From: Ascoidea asiatica JCM 7603
Lineage: Eukaryota > Fungi > Ascomycota
Direction: 5' to 3'
Length of the DNA: 64,000 nt
NCBI GenBank assembly: GCA_001600695.1
Contig: BCKQ01000017.1
Coordinates: 160,629 to 224,628, forward strand
This document shows, in pieces, positions 33,819 to 45,116 of this stretch. Under the pieces are notes generated by a model. The model was not told where the DNA came from, made no database searches, and was given only the letters and a program-made list of their open reading frames with translations. A program made the translations under genes and the position numbers. Position 1 is the stretch's first letter, and every line of letters begins with the position of its first letter.

Positions 33819-36800
33819 ATGAGCTTAGATATTTTCAGTACAGAACAGTTGCTTATCAAAATGAGCTCAAAAATCGGTAGAAATGAAAAAAACATATCAA
33901 GATCCAAATCACTTTTATTAGACATAACAAATTCTCAATTAACCACTTCGAATCTCATTGAATCTAATGATATCTCAGACAGAAATTCAGTTTCTCAGAA
34001 ATTGTCAAAAAAACAAAATTATCCAAAAAAGGTTACCTTTGCTAAAACTTCTACTAACATCAATAATACTAAAGTTTCAAAATCAACTGAATCTTATTGT
34101 GTTGGGATTGTTAAAGATTCTGGTATTACTTATACTGATTCAAATCAAGAGACTGTTAATTTGGAAGAGTATATAGACACTCATTTAGTACAATTGAATA
34201 AATTATTAGCCACTGATGATGACACAATCAAAGAACATGATAATACTATAAAGAATGATCATCATGAACTTTTAGGTTCTTCATCTGATGATTATAGTGA
34301 GTTTGATTCGGAAGTTGAATTCAATGATCAAAATGAATCTAATTCAGAACTAGATTTAAATGATTCAGAAACAGATTATTCATCTGTTAATAGACTAATA
34401 AATAATAATGAAAGCTATAATGATAGTGAAATTGAAAGCGAAATTGAAATTGAAAGTGAAATTGAAAGTGAAATTGAAATTGAAATTGAGACAGAAGGGG
34501 AAGGTGAATATAGGAGTGAGCGTTTAAATAAAGGATATTCAAAAGAAGGTTTTGAAACATTCCAAGAAAATTTTAGTAACCGAGAAGAATTTCAAAATGT
34601 ATTATCTGATGATATTGAGGAAGTTGTAATTGAAAATGATGAATTTCCAAAATCAAAAAATGATTTAAGAATTTTAAAAAGACATGCTGCTCATTTTAAA
34701 AGTAAAAAAAAAATTAAAAACCCAATCAAATATAAATTAAATATTCATAAGCAAAAAGAATTTATACCTGAATTAAGAGTTTTATTAACTCAAGCAAATG
34801 AAGCTTTTGTTAATAATAATTTGGAATTAGCTGAAAATTTTTATTTAAAAGTAATAAAAATTGACCCAAAAAATTATCCTGCTTATAAAACTTTAGGTGA
34901 TATATATTATGACAGAAAAATATTTAATAAATCTTGTAATTATTGGTTTATGGCTGCAAGAGTTAAACCTATTGATAGAGATCTTTGGTTAAATGTTGCT
35001 CAATTAAGTCTTCAACTAGGTCATTTAAATCAAGCTAAAACTTGTTTTACAAAAGCAATATCTTTAGATAATTCTGATTATAATTCAATTTTTCAAAGAT
35101 CCAAAATTTATAATCAGCTTGGTTGGTATGGTAAAGCTTTATCATCTTTAAATAATTTAATTGAAAATTTTACAATTGATAAAGAAATGTTGAAACAAAT
35201 TTTTAAAGAAATGGCTTATGTTTTTTTAAATAAATCTTTACCACAAAATGCTATTAAAATATATTTAAATATTTATGATCAAAATATTTTTCCTTTAAAT
35301 CAACATAACTTGAAAATTAATAATAATTTTTTAATATTTTCTTGGGATGAATTAAATATTCTGTTGGAACTTTATTCTTCATTGCAAAGCTGGAATGAAG
35401 GTTTAAATAAAGCAAGAGAAATTATTAAGTGGTTCAAATATGGTAGGCCAACAATTAATGATAATAGAAATTGTATTAATGACAATGATTTTGAATTTGA
35501 AAATTTTGATTTACCTGTTGATATTCGTTTTAAATTAGGGGTTTTTCAATTAAATTTACAAAAATTTTCTACTGCTACTCTACATTTTAATCTTTTATTA
35601 AACGAAAACATTGAGGACGTAACTGATTTATTATATGATAGTGCAAAAGCTTTAATAGATAAAAAACTATATAAAGCTTCTATAAAATTATTATTACCAT
35701 TAAATAATTATTATGATTCAAGTTGTATAGAAGTTCTTGAATTATTAGCTTATAGTTATTTTAAATTAAAAAAATTCAATGAATCTCAAAACTTATATTA
35801 TTTATTAATTGATATTGATGAAAAAAATTATAATAATAGATTCAATTTAGTTGAAACTTTAATATTTCAAAATAAATCCGAAGAAGCATGGATATTTTTA
35901 AAACAAGTTTTGAATGATAAAAAATTTCAGAAATTAAAAGATTTAAAAATAAATAAAGATGAATCTATAGATATTAAAAATTTGGCTATTATTTCAGAAA
36001 AAAAAAAAAAAAAATCAAAAAGAATTACAAAATCTGAAATCAACTTAAAACTAAAACTTGAAAAAAGAGAAATAGAAAATAATAAAAAAACCTTTCTTAG
36101 ACTTAAAAACTTAGAAGAACACTCGAATATTTATAAAATGAAAGTTTGTGGAGTTTCATGGATGTACATAAGTGAGGAGTTAATAGAATCCTTTTTCAGC
36201 ATAAAAAAGTTTTATTCTAAAGATAAAACCAATAACCTTCTAGATAGACATAACATTGATAATCAAAATGATAATAATAATAATGATCGAATAAATGAGC
36301 TAATTAATGAAAGAATGTATATAACTTCAAGTAATGATATAAAAAAAAGAGAAACTAATATAATGACTGACAAGAAAAAGAAAGTGACAATCTCTGAGAT
36401 TTTTTTCAGTCGAATAAAATTAATCAATATAAGCAATGAAGAACTATCAATGATTAAAAAAAATCAAAAATTTAGAGGATTTGGAATTGATATTTGGTTC
36501 GAAATTATTATGAAATATTGTATTTTAACAAGCTTATTCAATTCAAAAGAATTTAGTTTAGATTTAATTTTTAAAACTAAAAATATAATTTTTTTTAAAA
36601 ATGATTTAAGATATTTAAGAATAATTGATTTTATTGAATTATTCATTAATTTGTCACCAAACAAAGAAAACCAAAATAGTGAAGAATTTAAGTTAGAAAT
36701 TAACTCATTACTAAAATTGATTTTAAAAACTTATAATTTCTCAGAAAATATTTGTAAAGTTTTTCTTTTTTGTTTTACATATTTATCCAATGAAAAAGTC

Positions 36801-37415
36801 ATAAAAGAAGTTTCTTCCTTTCAAATGCAAAAATATATAAAGAGAACAATTTTAAATTTAAAAAATCCTAATGAAATAAATACTAAAGTTAATAAAAATT
36901 ATTTTCCATATTTAATAATTTTACGTGGATATTTATATTATATGAATGCAAGATATGATAAAAGTTTAAATTATTTTGAATACTTCAATAACTATAATAA
37001 AGATAATTACAATAAAAGTTTAATCAAATTGATTATTGGACTAAATTATATTCATAAAGCATTTCAAAAATTAAATTACAATAAAGACTCACAAATCCTT
37101 CATGGACTAATATATATTTTAGAATACGAAAAATTGAATAAAATAATTAATAAAGATAGAAATGAAAGTGAAAATGAAATGAATGGTAAACTTAAAATTT
37201 TAGAAAGTACCTATAATATTGGTAGAGTTTTTCATTTGATTGGTTTGAAAAATAGTGCTATTTTTTATTATGAGAAAGTTTTGAAAGAAAGTGAAGGCAT
37301 TGAAGAAGATTTTAATGTCAAGTTTGAAGCAGCATATAATTTAGTAATGATATATGAAAGAAGTGAAAATTACGATCTTTGTAATGAAATAATTGAAAAA
37401 TACTTAACCGTTTAA
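33819..37415 (+). CDS. TFC4: TFIIIC TPR subunit (tau131); start could be the Met at 33861
   Basis: LL.QANEAFV, AYKTLGDIY, TPR array, LPVDIRFKLG, E.TYNIGRVFHLIGL, EAAYNL..IY..S.N, EKYLTV end. Confidence 0.9.
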   Translation: MSLDIFSTEQLLIKMSSKIGRNEKNISRSKSLLLDITNSQLTTSNLIESNDISDRNSVSQKLSKKQNYPKKVTFAKTSTNINNTKVSKSTESYCVGIVKDSGITYTDSNQETVNLEEYIDTHLVQLNKLLATDDDTIKEHDNTIKNDHHELLGSSSDDYSEFDSEVEFNDQNESNSELDLNDSETDYSSVNRLINNNESYNDSEIESEIEIESEIESEIEIEIETEGEGEYRSERLNKGYSKEGFETFQENFSNREEFQNVLSDDIEEVVIENDEFPKSKNDLRILKRHAAHFKSKKKIKNPIKYKLNIHKQKEFIPELRVLLTQANEAFVNNNLELAENFYLKVIKIDPKNYPAYKTLGDIYYDRKIFNKSCNYWFMAARVKPIDRDLWLNVAQLSLQLGHLNQAKTCFTKAISLDNSDYNSIFQRSKIYNQLGWYGKALSSLNNLIENFTIDKEMLKQIFKEMAYVFLNKSLPQNAIKIYLNIYDQNIFPLNQHNLKINNNFLIFSWDELNILLELYSSLQSWNEGLNKAREIIKWFKYGRPTINDNRNCINDNDFEFENFDLPVDIRFKLGVFQLNLQKFSTATLHFNLLLNENIEDVTDLLYDSAKALIDKKLYKASIKLLLPLNNYYDSSCIEVLELLAYSYFKLKKFNESQNLYYLLIDIDEKNYNNRFNLVETLIFQNKSEEAWIFLKQVLNDKKFQKLKDLKINKDESIDIKNLAIISEKKKKKSKRITKSEINLKLKLEKREIENNKKTFLRLKNLEEHSNIYKMKVCGVSWMYISEELIESFFSIKKFYSKDKTNNLLDRHNIDNQNDNNNNDRINELINERMYITSSNDIKKRETNIMTDKKKKVTISEIFFSRIKLINISNEELSMIKKNQKFRGFGIDIWFEIIMKYCILTSLFNSKEFSLDLIFKTKNIIFFKNDLRYLRIIDFIELFINLSPNKENQNSEEFKLEINSLLKLILKTYNFSENICKVFLFCFTYLSNEKVIKEVSSFQMQKYIKRTILNLKNPNEINTKVNKNYFPYLIILRGYLYYMNARYDKSLNYFEYFNNYNKDNYNKSLIKLIIGLNYIHKAFQKLNYNKDSQILHGLIYILEYEKLNKIINKDRNESENEMNGKLKILESTYNIGRVFHLIGLKNSAIFYYEKVLKESEGIEEDFNVKFEAAYNLVMIYERSENYDLCNEIIEKYLTV

Positions 37416-37766
37416 TAAATGTTTTTTCAGTAAAAATTTTATAAAATATGAAGTACCAAGACTAATTTTATATAAAGAATACATTTTGATTTAAGAGAAA
37501 ATATAATAAATTTATTGATAATATTAATTAATTTACCGGATATCTATTGTACAATATAAAATATTTAAAATTTGAAAAATAACATAATTTGAAAATTAAA
37601 AGAAAGAGAAATAAATAAAGTGAATAAAAGTAGAAAATCAAAAGTAACTAATTGATTTTAATACAAAACAGAAACCAAAACTGAAGAATTACATTGAAAG
37701 TTGGATAGAAATTTGAGATATTGAAAGTGAATGATTAGAATAATGAAATCAAATGTGTCAATTCGA

Positions 37767-38932
<1,166 letters not shown>

Positions 38933-39482
38933 ATTTACTCTTTTCAATTTTTAATTTCAATCTATCAACTATTTATTCTTCTATAACACCCTTCCTTTAT
39001 TTCTCTGGTTTAATTTTGTCCTGACTACTTATCTTTTTATTACTATTTTTTTTTTTGTATATTATGTATTAATTAATGTTATAATGTATTCTTCTTATTG
39101 AATCCTTTCTCTGATGTAAAATTGTATTTCAAATTTAAACCTTCGAATGATTTTGAAAAATGAAAATCAAGATTATTTAGCATTTGATGAAGTGTATTTA
39201 TGGTTACTTTGAATTCAAAGTCGTTATTTCATATGAACAAATATATAGTATGTATAACAAATATACAGTATGTAGTATGTATAAGACAATTGAATAATTA
39301 CCTGTAGATTATAAAAATTAAGAAAAAAAAATTGGAAAGAAAAATATTAAGTGAAAAATGAGAAGGTTTTAAGAATAATCAAAAAAAAAAAAAAAGGATA
39401 TTATGTATGCAAGTAATAAGTACAGTATTGTTATCGTGACTGATAGAAAATATGCTATGTATGAAAAAAAAGACTATTATTT

Positions 39483-40586
39483 TTAATCTTCTTCTTTAGG
39501 ATCACCAATACCATCTTCATATATTGCAAAAACAGTTTCAGATTCAGGTAAACATGGAGAATCATAAACCTTACAAATTCTAGTTTCCCCTTTACCCTTT
39601 TTTAAACTTAATCTTGTAGTAGAACTATGAGCAATTATATTACCACCAATTGGTTTTTTTGGATCAGGATTAAAAGACATTGCAGCATCAACCTGTGCAA
39701 CAACTTGATTTGTTATAACAACTGCAATACCAAATTCATCTGCTAATCTTTGTAAAGTTCTCATGTATTTTGCAACATGCATTTGTCTTGCAGATAATTC
39801 ACCTCTACCAGAATAATCAGTTCTATATAAAGCCATTATACTATCAACAATTAATAAACTGAATCTTGATTCAGACATCATTTGAGCAGCTTGAGTTAAC
39901 AATTGAAATTGATGATCAGCATTATAAGCTCTTGCATAAGCAACATTATCTAAAGCATCTTCATCACTTAAACCATATCTTTGAGCAATTGAAACTAATC
40001 TAACAGGTCTGAAAGTTCCTTCAGTATCAATATAAAGACATTTACCTTCACCACCACCCATATCAATAGGTAATTGACATGTAACAGCTAAAGTATGACA
40101 AATTTGAGATTTTCCAGTTCTAAATTCTCCAAAAATTTCTGTTATTGAACCTGTTTCAATACCTCCACCTAATAAAGTATCTAGTTGTTTCGAACCAGTA
40201 GTTATACAAATTAATTCACTTCTTCTATGATGAAATTCACTTGCAGTTGTAAAACCCATTGGTACGGATTGTTGTGCAGTTGCAATTAATTTATCAGCTT
40301 TTGTATCTGATATTCCTTTAACAGTTAATAAAGTTTTTTTTGGAGTATAAGCAATTGCTTCAACAGTGAAAAAACCTGCTTGCATTAATTTTTTAATATC
40401 TCCAGTAGTAATACCATTTCCTTCTAAAGCAGCTATTAAAGCTGGGCCAATAATTGCCTCATCATCTTCATCAATTTGAACTCCTTGAGCTGAACTATTA
40501 ACACCAGTTTCAGCTTCGACATTAGCTACACTAGTATCTTGATCTTGATCTTGCTCTTGTTCTTCACTTTGATTTGAATTAGACAT
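39483..40586 (-). CDS. RAD51: Rad51 recombinase
   Basis: [54 protein letters not shown] (Rad51 rather than Dmc1 signatures). Confidence 0.98.
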   Translation of the reverse strand: MSNSNQSEEQEQDQDQDTSVANVEAETGVNSSAQGVQIDEDDEAIIGPALIAALEGNGITTGDIKKLMQAGFFTVEAIAYTPKKTLLTVKGISDTKADKLIATAQQSVPMGFTTASEFHHRRSELICITTGSKQLDTLLGGGIETGSITEIFGEFRTGKSQICHTLAVTCQLPIDMGGGEGKCLYIDTEGTFRPVRLVSIAQRYGLSDEDALDNVAYARAYNADHQFQLLTQAAQMMSESRFSLLIVDSIMALYRTDYSGRGELSARQMHVAKYMRTLQRLADEFGIAVVITNQVVAQVDAAMSFNPDPKKPIGGNIIAHSSTTRLSLKKGKGETRICKVYDSPCLPESETVFAIYEDGIGDPKEED

Positions 40587-40846
40587 GATTAACTAATTAT
40601 ATTAAATGAAATCAGATTATAAGTTGGAATGTAAATGAAATATAATGAGAATGAAAGTCAATAATTAATAAAGGATCAAAAATAATACATTATTTATCAA
40701 ATCAAAAAATAATTAATATTTAATATTTGATATTTAAATATTTTATGATAAATCTTCAATCCTGAATCGTCAATGAAGAAACTTCAGTCCAGAATCCTTA
40801 ATGTTTTAAAACCTTAGATCAGCCAAAAGCTCTATTTGATTCTACT

Positions 40847-40926
40847 ACGCGAAATAGATTTATTTGGCGCTTAGTGAAAAAAGAAAACGGGAAATAAACA
40901 ATCAAAATTCATCCACCGCCACGCGC
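40847..40926. promoter_or_regulatory. MCB/SCB-like ACGCG elements upstream of RAD51
   Basis: ACGCGAAA at about 40847 and ACGCGC at 40921; RAD51 is an MBF target in yeasts. Confidence 0.55.
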
Positions 40927-40994
40927 CTAGCAAAAAAGGGCCAAAACTTTAGTCTCACACATCAAATAAAAACAGAAAAACTAGCAAAAAGAAA

Positions 40995-41091
40995 CGACAC
41001 AAGCAGGATTTGAACCTGCGCGGGAGAACCCAAAAGATGCCCCAATTTACAAGATTCGAGTCTTTCGCCTTAACCACTCGGCCATTGTGTC
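40995..41091 (-). tRNA. tRNA-Ser(CGA) with 16-nt intron (41039-41054)
   Basis: Acceptor GACACAA/TTGTGTC, G73, A box TGGCCGAGTGG, anticodon stem AAAGA/TCTTT with CGA at 41058-41056, long variable arm GGG-TTCT-CCC, B box GGTTCAAATCC, T-tract terminator. Confidence 0.97.
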
Positions 41092-41483
41092 AGTTTACAG
41101 TCTTTAGACACTTTGAGCTTTGTTACATTAGTGCTTATAATTTATTGCATCAATATGCATTTAGTAAGTTGAGACCAGTTTTATGGATATTTTCTACCTG
41201 TTTTTCGAGGAGCTATTGTAAATTTTAATCTTTATGATAACAATCAAAATATATGATTGAATAGATAATTTAGCAAATACAACATCTAAAATAATGTAAT
41301 ATAAATATGTAGCAAATTTTCTTCTATTAAAAACAAAGGAATAATAATTAGAATAATTTATTATAACTGAATTAGCTAAATTAATTATTTGTTTGAATAG
41401 ATATTTCTTAATATTCGATAAAAATAATAGACAAATATCAGAACTGTATCAATAATAATATCAGCTATAATCTTTAAATAAAT

Positions 41484-42320
41484 ATGACGACTGCTCATAG
41501 AGAAACTTTTTTCTCGGCCAAAGGTAAAGATGATTCATTATCTAGAACTTATAATGCTTCAATTCAACATAAAAGATTTATGCCTGCTCATACTCAATTG
41601 AAGTTTAGAAAATCTGTTCAAAAACCTTTATTAAGTTATTCAGATTCCGAGAGTGAAAGTGAAAGTGAAAGTGAAACTGCTACAGGTAGTAAAAGTAATA
41701 TTAATATTGATAATAATACCAGTGAAAGAAAAAAGAGAAAGATAGATTTATTGAAGGCTCAGTTACTAGAAAAAGAAAAATTAAATTCTTGGAAGACGAA
41801 TTCTAATTTCAAACCAATAGAACAAAATAAAGATACGTTAGATGCTTCAAGTGGATATCATAAAAAGAGGTTAATGATACTAGCTGCTACTGAAGATTTG
41901 GATAAATCGGACGATGAAGATCAATCAATAGGTACAAAGATTAACAAAAAAACTAATAATACTGAAAATATTGAAAGTTTTAGTTCTAATGAAAATGATA
42001 GTAATACTAACAGTGGTAGTGAAAGTGAAAGTGAAACTGACAGTGATAGTGAAGAGGATGAGAGTGAATTATTAATCAAGGAGCTAGAAAAAATAAAAGA
42101 AGAACGAAGGAGAAAAAATGAAGAAGAAATTGCTCTAAATAGTAATCCATTATCAAGATCTAAAGGAAATAATGATAACAAAGATAAAAATAATTGGAGA
42201 GACCAAAGTATATTTAAAAACAAAGGTAAAATAGATAAACCAAATAATAATGATAACTATATTAATGATTTACTAAGATCAGATTTTCATAAAAATTTCT
42301 TGAATAAATATGTTAAGTAA
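41484..42320 (+). CDS. CWC15: Cwc15 splicing factor
   Basis: MTTAHR, PAHTQLKFR, LIKELEKIKEER, WRDQSIF, YINDLLRSDFHKNFLNKYVK. Confidence 0.95.
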   Translation: MTTAHRETFFSAKGKDDSLSRTYNASIQHKRFMPAHTQLKFRKSVQKPLLSYSDSESESESESETATGSKSNINIDNNTSERKKRKIDLLKAQLLEKEKLNSWKTNSNFKPIEQNKDTLDASSGYHKKRLMILAATEDLDKSDDEDQSIGTKINKKTNNTENIESFSSNENDSNTNSGSESESETDSDSEEDESELLIKELEKIKEERRRKNEEEIALNSNPLSRSKGNNDNKDKNNWRDQSIFKNKGKIDKPNNNDNYINDLLRSDFHKNFLNKYVK

Positions 42321-42367
42321 ATATTTTCTAATAGCTATTATAATATAATTCATATATAAAATATTAA

Positions 42368-43249
42368 TTAGACAAAATCAATTGGCAAAAAACTGTCATC
42401 ATCATTACTATAAATTTTAGCATTATCCGATAATTGAGCACAACACATTGCAACATCTTCTAATGACATATTCAATGAATTTGCAATATATTGAATTTTA
42501 ATACCACTATTCATTCTTACAGCATTCGATTCAATTATATTTAATACTAAATCTACAGGCTCTTGATTACCATTATTACCTCCATTATTACCATTATTAC
42601 CATTATAATCTTCATCAACAAATAATCCATTTGACTTTTGATTATTATTATTATTATTGTTATTAGTAATATTAGAATTAGAATGTTGTTGACCACCATT
42701 TTGAGCTAAAAGGTAAACTTTTATACAATCTAAATAATGATATGTAACTTGATTATAATCATTAATTTTACTTATAATTGGATGTTGTAAATTTTTTTTT
42801 GAATTAAAATCTCTTAAAGAACCAATAACATGAATATAATCACCTTTATCAAATTTTTTTAAAATTGAAGAATCATTATTTGGATCCACTGAATTTTCAT
42901 CTAACCATTTTCTAAATTCAAATAATCCAGTACCATCATCTATTTTTATTGTAATATTTGAAGTATTATCAATAATATCTCTAACTATTCCAATTATTGA
43001 AACAATAGATAATTCAATGTTATGTATTATATATTCTCCATCAGGTACTAATTGTTCACTTTCATTTAGAAATTTAATAGTTATTGGAGTTATTGAAGAT
43101 TTTTGTATAGATTTTGATTGTGATCCACCATTCATACCATTTGATTGAGAATTACCACCATATCCACCAGAAGTTGAATCATCATTGCCATAATTACTAT
43201 TATAATTATTTGAATATGAATTGGATTGATATGCATTATAGGATGCCAT
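42368..43249 (-). CDS. RFA2: Replication protein A 32-kDa subunit
   Basis: ITPITIK, OB fold IDDGTG..E.RKW, DYNQVTYHYL, C-terminal winged helix. ATG at 43249; the track start is TTG. Confidence 0.93.
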   Translation of the reverse strand: MASYNAYQSNSYSNNYNSNYGNDDSTSGGYGGNSQSNGMNGGSQSKSIQKSSITPITIKFLNESEQLVPDGEYIIHNIELSIVSIIGIVRDIIDNTSNITIKIDDGTGLFEFRKWLDENSVDPNNDSSILKKFDKGDYIHVIGSLRDFNSKKNLQHPIISKINDYNQVTYHYLDCIKVYLLAQNGGQQHSNSNITNNNNNNNNQKSNGLFVDEDYNGNNGNNGGNNGNQEPVDLVLNIIESNAVRMNSGIKIQYIANSLNMSLEDVAMCCAQLSDNAKIYSNDDDSFLPIDFV

Positions 43250-43442
43250 TTTTAACAAGTTAATATCTTATACTATATTATATTATAAAGTTAATTTTAA
43301 AAAAGAAAGATTAATCAAAAAGGAATCCAATCTAGTATAGATATAATATATATTGGATTGTATGTAGTACTAATAGTTAAGATAGTAAAAATCGATTCAA
43401 ATGGAAGTTTTCAATAATGAAAATATATTCAAACCAAATTTT

Positions 43443-43473
43443 ACGCGTATCCATTTTAGTTTTTCGAGCGCGT
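43443..43473. promoter_or_regulatory. MCB elements upstream of RFA2
   Basis: ACGCGT 43443-43448 and GCGCGT about 43468-43473. Confidence 0.7.
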
Positions 43474-45116
43474 AAAATAAATTATTCACATAGAAAATTG
43501 AAAAAAAAGCACTAAAGCGTTACTGTTCACATAATACTTGTTGTCACCCATTTACATATCAATAGAATAATGAAAATCGTTTATTGAAAATATTATATTA
43601 TCTTAAAAAATAGTAATAAACTACAAAGTCTTATATCATAATAAGTTAAATTTTTTCAAAAAAGGAATTATAAATATTTCAGTGAATATCAAGTATTGAT
43701 TAATCAATAATATTCTTCTAATATTATAACCAAGATTTCATTAAACAAGTTTCAGATTGAAAATTTTTGTAAAGCTTCCATCTCTATCAAGAGAGAGTTG
43801 TGTTATTGTTTTTGAATAATTAATGAATTTTGAAGTTTCAAGATTTTTTGTAAATGAAAGATTGTGTTTCTAGTTTCATTGAACAGAAGCAAAAGAAAAA
43901 GAACTTATGGGGTTGAAAGTGAGAAAACATTCAATTACGAATACAGAAAATTTAAATCAAAAAAAAAACAGATTCTGGTTTAATAATAAAATAGTTTTAA
44001 ATGATTTGATTTACAAATTGTGGTCAGTCTTTTTAAGCATTTTTAATTTTATTATTATGACCAAATCGAATTCTGCAAATATTCAATCGATAATTTGGAT
44101 TCAAAGGTTCAATTTTGATTGCTATATAATTGTAGATAAATATTTTTTTGCAAATTATTTTACAAGATGAAAGGTAATGAATATACTGTTATTTGTGTAT
44201 TTCAGTAGACTTTCTTACTATCTTGGATAAATTTTGTCTATTCTTTTATAGCGTTATTTGAAAATATTCTACTCAAATTGTAAGAAGTGAGTGATGATAC
44301 TCTAAAATTGTTCTCGGATACACAATATTCAATAAACCAAGAGAAGTAAGCTACACCAAGATTCTTTGCAAAATTCATGAGCATTTGTTTTTGTGCACCA
44401 GTGTAATCCTAAATGGAATTCTAAATAAAATCCTAAATAGCGCACATCCTCTACTACTAAAAACAACCCTGATCCTAAATAGGGAACCTCATAAACACAA
44501 ATTCCGCCCTTATCCATTAGGATTACATAATCCGTACTAAACCGTGGTTTTATGCACGGTCCTTTGTTTTTTATGTTTTGTGTTTATCCGTTTCACGGTG
44601 TTATTTCTTTCCGGCTGTTTCCTGAGCATCTCACAGCCCCGCGGTTGGAGCGCAGTTGGGAAAATAGCCCTGGTTAGGGCTTTAATGGATATATTTACCG
44701 GCTACTGGGAGCATATTGACTTTAAGTAAGGTTACTGGTACTATTAAAGCGATGAAAATAGTATAAACGTATCACATTTCCTCTCTTTTCTTTTATTAAT
44801 AGTTACAGCTACATTTTTTATTAATTTTAATTTTACTTTCCTTTATTATCCAATTTTTTCATTATTCAGTGATAGACATAGACACAATTATATGAAATAT
44901 ATATAAATATATAATATTTTTTCAGTTTATTCTTGATTTCAATTCAAAATTCCACTTGAAACGATCGAAAAGAGAGTATAATTGCAAAGACAATTCATAG
45001 TTACACTATTAGCATATCTATCAATTTCAGAATTAGAATATTCAAATAATAATAAAATTTCCTTCAATATCAAATAGCTTTTTTTTTTTTCTTTCTTTTT
45101 TGTTTTCTTATCAGAA

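Noticed and set aside
40995-41091. tRNA-Ser as a CUG-decoding tRNA
   Set aside because: The anticodon reads CGA (decodes UCG), not CAG.
43907-44170. 87-aa ORF between RFA2 and SEC1 as gene, pseudogene or NUMT
   Set aside because: No recognisable homology under the standard or TGA=Trp reading; cannot be supported without a search.
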